From: Octopus sinensis
Lineage: Eukaryota
Assembly: GCF_006345805.1 (NCBI RefSeq)
Contig: NC_042999.1
Coordinates: 1-64,000 of the forward strand
Length of the DNA stretch: 64,000 bases
Direction: 5' to 3'
Positions 1-12,608 of this stretch are shown here, piece after piece; position 1 is the first letter of the stretch; every line of letters starts with the position of its first letter. The translations under genes and the position numbers were made by a program. Below the pieces are notes generated by a model that saw only the letters and a list, made by a program, of their open reading frames with translations, made no database searches and was not told the DNA's origin.

Positions 1-176
1 GACAAGACGTTAGAAAGAGGAAGGTTGCAGTGAAGAGGGATGTGGCTTTATTTGTTCTTGTATTGCAAGGGAGTGACATTCCTCAGCTGAGATGTCTTGT
101 CTTCTGAGTTCTTTCTAACTCCTCTTTCTAACGTCTTGTCTTCTGTGTTCTTTCTAACTAATATACATACACATGT

Positions 177-586
177 ATGGAGTGGTTGTGTGGTAAGTAG
201 CTTGCTAACCAACCACATGGTTCTGGGTTCAGTCCCTTTGCGTGGCACCTTGGGAAGTGTCTTCTGCTATAGCCCTGGGCCAACCAATGCCTTGTGAGTG
301 GATTTGGTAGACGGAAACTGAAAGAAGCCTGTCGTATATATGTATATATATATATGTATGTGTGTTTGTTTGTGTGTCTGTGTTTGTCCCCCTAGCATTG
401 CTTGACAACCGATGCTGGTGTGTTTAAGTTCCCGTCACTTAGCGGTTCGGCAAAAGAGACCGATAGAATAAGTACTGGGCTTACAAAAAGAATAAGTCCC
501 ACGGTCGAGTTGCTCGATTAAAAAAAGGCGGTGCTGCAGCATGGCCGCAGTCAAATGACTGAAACAAGTAAAAGAGTAAAGAGTAA
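177..586 (+). mobile_element. tRNA-headed SINE, family A
   Basis: Degenerate A/B boxes (GTGGTTGTGTGG; GGTTCAGTCCC), internal (TA)/(TG) tract, tail GAAACAAGTAAAAGAGTAAA. More than 15 copies in the window. Confidence 0.85.
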
Positions 587-1457
587 TAAGATCAAAATGA
601 TTGAAAGAGACTGGTGTTGGTTTGCAGTGGCAAGACTTGTATTCTTTAGTAAAATCAATAAAAAAAAGAGTATAGTGAATTTGCAGTGAGGAGTGGGAAA
701 TTCAACATTTCAGACAGTTTTTCTTCAGAGGAAAGTTGAAAGGGAAGAAATTAATGGGAGACAACAGACTCTTACAGCCTTTAAGTGGTTTTATTTTATT
801 TTATTTTATTTTATTTATTTATATATTTATTTTTTTAAAACTTACATGGTGTAAAAGTTTTCTTTCCTTTCAACTTTTCTCTGAAGAAAGACTGTCAGAA
901 ATCTGGAATTTTCTACTCCTCACGGCAAGTTCAATGTACATTTTTATCAGTTTTACTATATAAGTCTCTGTCTGTCTGTCTTTCTCTCTCTCCCTCTCTG
1001 TCAATCTGCCTCTCTGTCTGTCTGTCTCTCTCTCTCTCTTTCTCTCCCCATATATACTGTTTGTTCGAAACTATACATATATAATCCTCTATTTACCTAA
1101 TATCGAGGTCTCATTCTTTTGTTGTCACTTTCTTTATTATAATATATATATATATATATATATACATATAGGTAGGTTGGTATGTAGGTAGACATACATA
1201 CATACATGCATACATATTTTAAATTAAATATAAGGATAAAATCTATATAAGGATTTATCAAAGTAGCCAGCGTGAAAAACCACTTAAGGAAAAAATTTAT
1301 ACAATGTATATAATTATTCCCTTTAAATACATTTAATATATTAATTGTGCTTTTTACATGGATATATAAGGGTGAACATTTCTATGTGCTATGTTGGATA
1401 CATTTGGTGTTCATCTGGTATGTAAATATTTTGCTCATTTTTATGTGTCTTGATTAT

Positions 1458-1520
1458 GCCTGCACTGACGATTAGAAAGTGGATTATGTACACTAACTAT
1501 GAAATCATATGATTTGTGGC
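1458..1520 (+). ncRNA. Hammerhead ribozyme-like motif
   Basis: gcctgca-CTGACGA-ttagaaagtg..cactaactat-GAAA-TCATATGA-TT-tgtggc. Intact core and palindromic stem III. Confidence 0.55.
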
Positions 1521-1670
1521 TGAATCTGTTTTTAAAAGATGACTTCTAAATTGCACTCCCTTGCTGTCGGTATACCGTATATTTGTTAAAGTAGTTTTGA
1601 TTTTAAATGTCCATTATATCATGGGGTATTTATGTGTAGTAATGCCCTTAATATAATAAATATACATATA

Positions 1671-2790
1671 TCTATATACATAAAAGTGTAATGGTGTCTG
1701 TCTGTGTGTTTGGGGTTACTCTAACTCCTCCCACACTGTCAAACCAATTTTAATGATTTTTGGCACCTAGGTAGATCACATGCCCTGAAGTTCAAATAAG
1801 GCCAGAATTTTCCGAAAACTGTATATTGCTCAGTTGGCCTCGATTTTTCTGAGCTCAGTCAGATGTTTGAATGGAAATTCCCATAATGATGTTATTTTTC
1901 CTGCAGTTTTTGCATTTTTTGTCTGATTTTGATGAAAATCAATGAGTGAGCAAGGCTCCTGGCAGTGAGTTAATGTCAGTATATGGTGTTGACAAAAAAT
2001 AGATAATTGCACCTCATCAGTGGTTTTATAAAATCAATTGACTTTTTGTGTGCAAATACCCTTAGGGATTTTATTTTGGCCTGTAACTTTTGTTTTTTAT
2101 CCGATTTTAATGAAATTTAAAAAGTAGGTAAATTTTAAGTGGTGGGAGAGACAGTAAAGGTGCTTATTTAATTCAAAAGGCATTGAAAGGGTACAAATGC
2201 AAATAAGCATTTCCTTAGAAGCATTCTTATCGATTTTGTAGAAATTTTACGCATGATTAAAATTCATGTCCATTAGTTGATGCCAACATGAAGAGTTGGC
2301 AAAAAAATCGATAATTGCACATGAGCAGGAGGTTTTTGATTTTGAAGAAAATTGACCCATGAGTAAAATTAAGCACTTCGACATATGAAACATCAATTAT
2401 TCATATAATGTATTGGGATTTAAAAATCAGTGGAATATTTTCATGTAAATGGTCACATGGATTCTACTTTATGCCATAACCTTAACACTTCCCTTTGGAT
2501 TTTGCTGAGATTGGACACACTGATCTATTTTGTACAAACGGTGGCATTAAGGGGAGAGAATTAAGCAACCATCACTCTCAACGGGTTGAGGTACACCCAA
2601 AAGTTTAACTGTGACTTCAGACGGTTCAGTATGTTGGAGGATGTCGAAAGTGTTAACCAGGTAAAATCCCTCCCAAATCAGATATTAATGGGTAATAGTT
2701 GACATGGGGAACAAAAAATTTCAATACAAGGTCAGAGGTGCTCTAACCTTCAACACAGGAAACATGAGCAACACCAGGTCCAACATCTAG
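1671..2790 (+). mobile_element. Non-autonomous Helitron
   Basis: A|TCTATATACATAAAAG 5' end. The 3' end has a decayed hairpin (catgagcaacaccagg) then CTAG|T. Inserted between A and T. Confidence 0.65.
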
Positions 2791-2801
2791 TATATATATA
2801 T

Positions 2802-2837
<36 letters not shown>

Positions 2838-2865
2838 ATAGATAGATGGATAGATAGATAGATAG

Positions 2866-2929
<64 letters not shown>

Positions 2930-3186
2930 TATACTTAAGTAGGTGAATGAATTATCCTAGCATGGAAAATTCGTTTAACCGAAACCTGGGTAGCAAATTC
3001 ACGTCAGAAAACATGGTTGAAGCGACCTGTCAAGGGTAGAAACTCCGGGTTCTTGTGTAGAAATTTGTGTGTTTTATATGAATAAATGAAAGAATGGAAT
3101 CGAATAAAAATATGCTGTCTTCGAAACATGTGTCGAGAGTAAAGGAATTTTGTTAACATCTTCGTTCGATTCCATTCTTTCATTTA

Positions 3187-3220
<34 letters not shown>

Positions 3221-3269
3221 TGAATTGAAGAAATGGAGCTGAACGCAGATTGAACAGAAATCGTTTTAT

Positions 3270-3355
3270 TTCATTCTACACGTGTTTCGAAAGGCACAAA
3301 TTACCAAAATCCGATGAATAATGGGACCATATTGTGTCTTTCTCTTCAGAAGAAA
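3270..3355 (-). ncRNA. Type I hammerhead ribozyme motif, left PLE arm
   Basis: Minus strand: CTGAAGA-gaaagacacaa...ttgtgcctttc-GAAAC-ACGT-GTA. Intact core, 10/11-bp stem II, palindromic stem-III loop, weak stem I. Confidence 0.7.
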
Positions 3356-5796
3356 AAAGGAAATCCGTTGGAAAAACAAAAACAGAACAGAGGCGGAGCA
3401 AAAAACAAATCGAACTGTGCTCCTAAGAGCCCATGGCGAAACTGTTTATCAGTGTATGTTGAGAACGGTGGCTGAAGAATTCAACGGGTCAGGCATCGGT
3501 CAATCATGTGGGTGAGGGTGTATAGATGTTCTTTGTGACCGAGAATAAAGTTCTGACTATTTAAAGAATATTGGATGTTTTATAAGGGGCGAGAGAAAAA
3601 TCTACTTAGAGACGTGTGTGTGTGTATACTGTTCTATATATGTGTGTGTTGGCGTAGGGGTAGAAAACATTTTTTGTGTACGTGTGTGCGTTTGATCGTT
3701 CGGCTGTCATGGCTACTGCCGTGATAACCGTTGGGTGGCAGAAAGAAAAAAATAAAAAAATTATATATATATATTATGTTTTAATGTGTGTGTGTGTGTG
3801 TGTGTTCATCTAAGCCTGCCTTGACAAGGAAACCCCCCGCTGTGAAAAAACCAAGCCCCGTTTGTCTTACAGGAGTAATTTCCCTTGCAGTGTTAATCGT
3901 AGATATCTTAAAGGCTATTTCAGAATTTGTTACCAAGGGCTATGGGTGCCGGTATTATTTATAAACGCTATTTAAAGGCCAGATAAGTGTAACGCCGCCA
4001 ATGGGGGCATTGAAAAGCCGACTGTAAGAGCCCGTTTACCATCCGGCCTCTGGCAAACAAATATGGAAGAGTTCGGAGACACAAAGGTTGCACTGTCTTC
4101 TGCCCCTATCAAATGGGAGGGCCACCGACAAAATTGACCATTCCAGCCTATAGCTTAAGTTCGCATCCTTCAGTCGCCATATTAGCTTACTGAGTCCCGT
4201 GGTCTGGCGCTTGTTCACGTCCCGAAAAGTTGCGTAATGGTTGGAGACACGCAAAGACAATCTTGAGGATGATGCCCCTACATAAGTGAAGGCATCGGTT
4301 AACTCACATAAAGTTAGGATAGCTTTCTCCAACACTAAAAACCTCGCCCAGATAATCGCCTCCCATAATAATAGGCTACTTACTAAGACCCTATCACCTT
4401 TTTCCGGAGGCACAGCCTCTTCCGCTCCCGGTTTAATGCTCAGTAGGAATAATTATAGTAGTAATAATGATATGAGAGCCAGTACAGTGACACATAATCT
4501 CAACTCCAGCCAGGGAGTACCACTAGGGGTATAGTTATAAATAGGGGTGTTGTGGTTGACGGTAACAATGGGAGTAGGGTAGAGAGCCCCATTAGCATCC
4601 CCAGCATCATTTCCCGCAATAGCAGTACCACGGGCAGTAGCAATGACAGCACTCTGATAGATAGTGGAGAATCAGGGGTTATTCCTATAGTTAATAGGAC
4701 GTAGTGGAAAATAGTAGTAGTAAGCGGCTGCAGGTCTCGGAACGAATATAGTGACAGGAACGCAGTTCTAATTTCAGAAACCAATCCTAGCAGATTAAGA
4801 TTCACGTTGGCGAACTCAAGATCAAAAACGCCGTCTACCAATGCAAGGTTTACACGGACTCAGATGCCTTCACTTATGTGGGCATCATCCTCAAGATTGT
4901 CTTTGCGTGTCTCCAACCATTACGCAACTTTTCGGGACGTGAACAAGCGCCAGACCACGGGACTCAGTAAGCTAATATGGCGACTGAAGGATGCGAACTT
5001 AAGCTATAGGCTGGAATGGTCAATTTTGTCGGTGGCCCTCCCATTTGATAGGGGCAGAAGACAGTGCAACCTTTGTGTCTCCGAACTCTTCCATATTTTG
5101 TTTGCCAGAGGCCGGATGGTAAACGGGCTCTTACAGTGGCTTTTCGATGCCCCCATTGGCGGCGTTACACTTATCTGGCCTTAAATAGCGTTTATAAATA
5201 ATACCGGCACCCATAGCCCTTGGTAACAAATTCTGAAATAGCTTTAAGATATCTACGATTAACCACTGCAAGGGAAATTACTCCTGTAAGACAAACGGGG
5301 CTTGGTTTTTTCACAGCGGGGGGTTTCCTTGTCAAGGCAGGCTTAGATGAACACACACACACACACACACATAAAACATAATATATATATATAATTTTTT
5401 TATTTTTTTTCTTTCTGCCACCCAACGGTTATCACGGCAGTAGCCACTGACAGCCGAACGATCAAACGCACACACGTACACAAAAAATGTTTTCTACCCC
5501 TACGCCAACACACACATATATAGAACAGTATACACACACACACGTCTCTAAGTAGATTTTTTCTCGCCCCTTATAAAACATCCAATATTCTTTAAATAGT
5601 CAGAACTTTATTCTCGGTCACAAAGAAATACACCCTCACCCACATGATTGACCGATGCCTGACCCGTTGAATTCTTCAGCCACCGGTTCTCAACATACAC
5701 TGATAAACAGTTTCGCCATGGGCTCTTAGGAGCACAGTTCGATTTGTTTTTTGCTCCGCCTCTGTTCTGTTTTTGTTTTTCCAACGGATTTCCTTT

Positions 5797-5885
5797 TTTC
5801 TTCCTGAGAGAAAGACACAATATGGTCCCATTATTCAATCGGATTTTGGTAATTTGTGCCTTTCGAAACACGTGTAGAATGAAAT
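5797..5885 (+). ncRNA. Hammerhead motif, right PLE arm (1-nt core deletion as assembled)
   Basis: ttc-CTGAGA-gaaagacacaa...ttgtgcctttc-GAAAC-ACGT-GTA-gaa. Stem I is ttc/gaa. Confidence 0.6.
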
Positions 5886-6101
5886 AAAACGATTTCTGTT
5901 CAATCTGCGTTCAGCTCCATTTCTTCAATTCACCAATAATGTTTTAATTTTAATTATCCGCACCAACGCACGGTTGCAACGCCAGATGGTTGTACCTCCA
6001 ACCGTGCTGTTTACTGCTGTGATTTTTGCTACTAAGGTATCGGTTAAACTTTTGATTAATCTACTACAAGATTATTCATCTTTCTATTTTATATATATAT
6101 A

Positions 6102-6140
<39 letters not shown>

Positions 6141-6660
6141 GTATATATATATATATTATATATATATAATATATATATGTATGTATGAATGTGTATGCGT
6201 GTATGATTTTTCTTTGAGTTTAATTTACGTTCTTCTTGATAGGGTTCAAACCAGTTGATAACCAAACGACAAGAATTTCTGAGTTAAGAAAATTCCCAGT
6301 GTTTTAGACGTGTGATTGAGTTGGTGTGTGGTTTCAAATGTTGATGTATCTATTCACATTAGAATCTGAGAAGGAGAATTTTGGGAATGTCTCACAGCTC
6401 TTCATTGTGCCACAAATAGATTGGATCAGCATCAGGTTCTTTTGCTCTTTCTCTGTAAAACCAAGTACTTCTAGGTTTCCGTGCAAATTTGTTGGTACGT
6501 AACCTAATGCACCTATGACAATGGGTAAATATGAGAATACATAGTCAGGGTAGAAAAGCTGTAAGCTCTGAATTAATTTGCTGTATGTAGTGGAGCATCA
6601 TCCTGCACAGAAAACACATAATTACTAGTTGTATTTCACTTAATTATAATAGGATATGTG

Positions 6661-7320
6661 TAGGAGTGGCTGTGTGGTAAGTAGCTTGCTTATGAACCAC
6701 ATGGCTCTGGGTTCAGTCCCACTGTGTGGCACCATGGGTGTCTTCTACTATAGCCTCGGTCCGATCAAAGCCTTGTGAGTGGATTTGGTAGACGGACACT
6801 GAAAGAAGCCCGTCATATATATGTATCATCAAAATCATCGTTTAACATCCGTTTTCCATGCTAGCATGGGTTGGATGGTTCGACTGAGATCTGGGAAGCC
6901 AGGAAGCTGCATCAGAGTCCAGTCTGATCTGGCAGTGTTTCTACAGCTAGATGCCCTTCCTAACGCCAATCACTCCGTGAGTGTAGTGGGTGTTTTTTAC
7001 GTGCCACCTGCTTAGGGGCCAGAGGGGGCTGGCAAACAGCTATGATCGGTTGGTGCTTTTATGTGTCACCAGCAAAGATGCCAGTCAGGCGGTACTGGTT
7101 TGTGTGTGTATGTTTGTGTGTCTGTGTTTATCCCTCCAGCATCGCTTGACAACCGATGGCGGTGTGTTTACGTCCCCGTAACTTAGCGGTTCAGCAAAAG
7201 AGACCGAGAAAATAAGCACTAGGCTTACAAAGAATAAGTCCTGGGATTGATTTGCCTGACTAAATGTTCTGCTCCAGCATGGCAAGAGTCAAATGACTGA
7301 AACGAGTAAAAGAATAAAAG
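6661..7320 (+). mobile_element. SINE family A with a nested (CAT)n retroposon end in its microsatellite linker
   Basis: 5' half 6661-6822, insert ~6823-7098, 3' half to 7320. Confidence 0.8.
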
Positions 7321-7915
7321 AATATCAATCAGTTAAATAATTCGTCGTTTAGTTAATTAATTAATGAATCCGGAATTGATTTTAATTTGTTGAAGTTCTT
7401 TTGTCACAGCCTATGACTTCATGGATGATAATGTACCTCTTTTAAGCATTCTCTTCATTATCACACACTCATTGTTCTTCGTTAGAGGCAGCATTAGAAG
7501 AGAAAGGAAGATATATTGAAAAAGCTTGTCTCTTGTTGAAAATTATTTCATAAATTGCTTGATGGCATTTGTTATCTCATGCACACATTATTATATGGCA
7601 CAAAGAATAAAATGTATTTATGCTTTGCATACCATAAGATAAATGCATATTCTTTCTGAGGTTATTAAATTGCAATCTGTTAACTGGATGTATTTATTAA
7701 AACCGTAGTTATTGCAGGAATTTTAATTTAGAATTTTTAAATAAACGCATTTACGTTTTTTTGTTAATGTTTTTTAAATTATATCCTTTCTGGTATAGAT
7801 TGTGGAAAATGTCAGTTTTGCGTATTATTATCATTTTGCCATCATTATTTATGGAGATGTATGCATTTACAAACGCATTTAGCAATTTATTCATGATGTT
7901 GATATATTCAGAAAT

Positions 7916-7956
<41 letters not shown>

Positions 7957-7998
7957 ACACATGCATATATATATATGTATATACATACATACATATAC

Positions 7999-8055
<57 letters not shown>

Positions 8056-8074
8056 AATGTAAATATATATACTC

Positions 8075-8485
8075 TCTCTTTTACTCTTTTACTTGTTTCA
8101 GTCATTTGACTGTGGCCATGCTGGAGTACTGCCTTTAGTCGAGAAAATCGACCCAGGACTTATTCATTGTAGGCCTAGTAGTTATTCTATAGGTCTCTGT
8201 TGGCGAACCGCTAAGTTACGGGGACGTAAACACACCAGCATTGGTTGTCAAGAGATGTTGGGGAGACAAACACAGACACATACATACATACATTATATAT
8301 ATATGTATGTATATATACATATATACAATGGACTTCTTTAAGTTTCCGCTTACCAAATCCACTCACAAGGCTTTGGTCGACCTGGGGCTATAGTAGCAGA
8401 CACTTGTCCAAGGTGCCACACAGTGGGACTGAACCTGGAATCAGGTAGTTGTGTAGCTAACTTTTTACCACACAGCCACACCTAC
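8075..8485 (-). mobile_element. SINE family A
   Basis: Reverse complement of 177-586. Confidence 0.85.
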
Positions 8486-9545
8486 GTCTATAAGTGTGTA
8501 TTTCTTCATGGTGGGAATTCCATTGACTTCTGGAAACCTCTTTATGCACACTGCAATATTCGGTTTAACCACTAGGTATGTGGCTTAGTGGTTATAGTGT
8601 TGCACTCATGATTGTAAATTCATGGTTTCGAATCCTGGACTGGGCAGTGCATCGTGTTCTTGAGTAAAATACTTCATTTCATGTTGCTCCAGTTTGGTCA
8701 GCTGTGAAATGAGTGACCCTGTGATGGAGTGACAGCTGTTCAGTGGGGAGCATCCTGATCTGGATCACTTGTACACTATGGAAACTGAGTAACTGGTCTT
8801 ATGAGTCCTGGGGCTCAAGACAGTAATTAACTAAGGTTGATGATGATGATGGTGGTGATGGTGGTGATGATGATGAATATGCTATATTCCTATATGCTGT
8901 CATGTTTATAAGCATTTGATGTGTCCGTACATACAGCCATGTGTGTGTGTGTATGTATCTATGTGTGTACTCATGTGAAAGCACCTTTTTTTTTATTTTA
9001 TAACATCTATCAGCATTATTGTACTACCAGCTGACTCTGTGCCATCAAAAATGACGGCTAATTGTAGTATTTTATATAACAACAGCAACAACAACAACAA
9101 TAACAATGGAGAGTACATCAGCCGAAACATTGTGTTAACAACAAACAAGATGAGGACAAATATCCGTCAAATGTAAATAATGTAAATAATGTAGAAACAA
9201 TGTCTGAAAGTAAATCTAGCAAAGATCACTGGTACTCCATTGGTTACAATGATGAGGATTCCAGTTGATATAAGCAACAGAATTTAATGGTCAAGTGGCT
9301 GAGTACTCCATTGTCACTTGACCATTAACTGTAACCTTAATGTAGTTCTCAGGGAGAGTGAGCATGACACAGTATGTAACAAGCCTGACCCTTTGATTTT
9401 TACAACACATTTGTGTGGACTGGAGCAATGTGAAATAGAGTGTCTTGCTGAAGGACACAATGTACCTCCAGGAATCGAACTTACAGTGTTACAATCATGA
9501 GCAGAACACTCTAACCACTTAGCCAAGATGGAAGTCTTAGTGAGT

Positions 9546-9580
<35 letters not shown>

Positions 9581-9920
9581 AATGTTCTCATTTCCCTTCT
9601 TTCATGGATCAGATAGAAATCATTGAGGTAGATTTTGTTGGGTCGGATGCCCTTCCTGTTGCTAAACCACACTTGCTTCCAAGCCACGTAACATTTCCCT
9701 GGAAGACGATTGAAAATGGATGATGGCACCTTTGTGTGACAGTCAAACTCATTTTTACAACTATTGCGTAATGTCAAGATGAAGAAACACTAACACACTC
9801 ACTCACACGCACACACACACTAACACACACTCACACCTACCTACCTATTCACGGCACAATTGGCTTCTTTCTGTTTGTATTTCTCTCTCTCTCTCTCCTT
9901 GTGTGTGCATATATATATAT

Positions 9921-11393
9921 ATCATCATCATCATCATCATCATCATCATTTAGCGTCCGTTTTCCATGCTAGCATGGGTTGGACGGTTCAACTGGGGTCT
10001 GGGGAGCCCGAAGGCTGCACCAGGCCAGTCAGATCTGGCAGTGTTTCTACAGCTGGATGCCCTTCCTAACGCCAACCACTCCGAGAGTGTAGTGGGTGAT
10101 TTTATGTGCCACCGACACAGGTGCCAGACGAGGCTGGCGAACGGCCACGCTCGGATGGTGTTTTTATGTGCCACCGACACAGGTGCCAGACGAGGCTGGC
10201 AGACGGCCACGCTCGGATGGTGTTTTTATGTGCCACCGACACAGGTGCCAGATGAGGCTGGCAGGTGCCAGACGAGGCTGGCAGACGGCCACGCTCGGAT
10301 GGTGTTTTTATGTGCCACCGACACAGGTGCCAGATGAGGCTGGCGGACGGCCACGATCGGATGGTGTTTGTTACGTCCCCAAGCACGGAGGCCAGTCTAT
10401 GCGGTACTGGCTACGGCCACGTTCGGATGATTTTCTTGTGTGCCACCGGCACTGGTACCACAAAGATACAAATTCCATTTATGCTCATCTATTTTGATTT
10501 GTTTTGATTTGATTTGATTTTCACTTGCCTCAACAGGTCTTCACAAGTGTCACTTGCCTCAACAGGTCTTCACAAGTGTCACAAGAAGGAAGGTATGCAC
10601 AGGTGGACTGTCTACGTCGCCGGGTCTTCGGATGGTGTCTTTATGTGCCACCGACACAGGTGCCAGATGTGGCTGGCGAACGGCCACGATCGGATGGTTT
10701 TCTTGTGTGCCACCGGTACTGGAACGTGCCACCGACACAGGTGCCAGATGTGGCTGGCGAACGGCCACGATCGGATGGTTTTCTTGTGTGCCACCGGTAC
10801 TGGAACCACAAAGATACAAATTCCATTGATGTTCATCTATTTTGATTTGGTTTGATTTTCACTTGCCTCAACAGGTCTTCACAAGTGTCACGCGTGTCCT
10901 TGTGTGCCACCGGTACTGGAACCACAAAGATACAAATTCCATTGATGTTCATCTATTTTGATTTGGTTTGATTTTCACTTGCCTCAACAGGTCTTCACAA
11001 GTGTCACGCGTGTCACACACTTGCCTCAACAGGTCTCCACAAGTGTCACACACTTGCCTCTGCCTCAACAGGTCTTCACAAGTGTCACACACTTGCCTCT
11101 GCCTCAACAGGTCTTCACAAGTGTCATAAGAGGGAAGGTATGCACAGGTGGACTGACTACGTCGCCGGGTCTTTGGATGGTGTTTTTATGTGCCACCGAC
11201 ACAGGTGCCAGGTGAGGCTGGCGAACGGCCACGATCAGATGGTGTTTGTTGTGCCCACAGCACGGAGGCCAGTCGATGCGGTACCAGCTACGGCCACTTC
11301 GGATGGTTTTCTTGTGTGCCACCGGTACTGGAACCACAAAGATACAAATTCCATTGATATTCATCTATTTTGATTTGGTTTGATTTTTGATTT
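9921..11393 (-). mobile_element. (GAT)n-tailed retroposon end (family B) with internal tandem amplifications
   Basis: (CAT)n then CGTCCGTTTTCCATGCTAGCATGGGTTGG...GGATGCCCTTCCTAACGCCAACC, followed by repeated ~60-bp and ~110-bp blocks. Simpler copies at ~22078, 24221, 24885, 31893, 34880, 38945, 39523, 40161, 43405 and 52195. Confidence 0.75.
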
Positions 11394-11477
11394 TTGATTA
11401 TATATATATATACATACATATATATATGTATATACATATATATATATATATGTATATACATAATACACACACACACG

Positions 11478-11525
<48 letters not shown>

Positions 11526-11568
11526 CATACATATATATATATATATATACATACATATATATATACAA

Positions 11569-11606
<38 letters not shown>

Positions 11607-11608
11607 AT

Positions 11609-11641
<33 letters not shown>

Positions 11642-11688
11642 TACACACACACACACACACACACCACACACACACACACCACACACAC

Positions 11689-11719
<31 letters not shown>

Positions 11720-12608
11720 ATATATGTATATACATACATATCTTATTCACACCATACAATAAATATATGTATTCACCATTATACAGATTTTACAGATTTC
11801 TACATGGAACTTGTGTCGAAATATTTTTCAAATGACTTGTATCCATTTCAATAGCGTTCTTTTGCATTCTTTATTCATGTTTTAAAATATTTTCTGAATG
11901 TGTTCCCGTCTATTTTTCCGTAATATCATGATTCTATTTTGAATTCATAAAGTCATCTAACATATATAAAATTAAAATTATTTCTATTTTATTATATTTT
12001 TTTTTTCTGTTAAACTTTCTGTATTGAGAATATGGAAAGATGAACATGGAAATTTCTGTTCCTACCAACAAAAATAATTTGCCAAAAAACTCCCAAAATA
12101 TAGGAAGAATATATTTCATTCTTCTTATATATATTTCACTTCCATTTACATACTACTATGAATTTAAATATTTTCCCTCTTTTGTATTTGATTAAATTTT
12201 GTGAAATGTCGTTCCCTTGATACCAGGAAATATTTTCTATTTTAAATTTCATAAAAGATAGCTTTCTTTCCATTGTATACCCAACATATATTATTTTTAC
12301 AAACCTGGATTTCTTGCTTTTCTTTTTTTTTTTTTGTTTCAATAACAACTGATAATTCAAGTATTTTCAAGAAGGCAGTTATAATTATCAGAAATAGCAT
12401 TTATTTCATATCTGAAGGTTATGTTGTTTATCCAGTAGATATTTATTTGTCTCTTGCAATTTATCTTTTGCAAGTCAATTGCTGCACTTTATAACTGCAT
12501 CTGATGCATGGGTCAGTGGAAAACAGGATGTATTGACTTCAAAAACTGCCTTTCTAAGCTGTACCTGTATTATGCAACCCATTATTGTTGTCAGCATCTT
12601 TGTTTTAA

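Larger units (their letters stand above)
3215..6090 (+). mobile_element. 5'-truncated Penelope-like retroelement with an inverted copy of its 3' part (GIY-YIG endonuclease remnant)
   Basis: Arms 3215-4296 and 4863-5938 are reverse complements. The + strand encodes KVRIAFSNTKNLAQIIASHNNRLL, then KNAVYQCKVYTDSDAFTYVG..RVSNHYATF..TTGLSKLIWRLKD..EWSIL..RQCNLCVSELFHIL..RCPHWRRY, typical of the PLE linker and GIY-YIG domain. It is frameshifted and bounded by (TA)n tracts. Confidence 0.85.

Noticed and set aside
9966-11373. Overlapping 80-130-aa ORFs
   Set aside because: GC-richer tandem units of a retroposon end, open in many frames on both strands.
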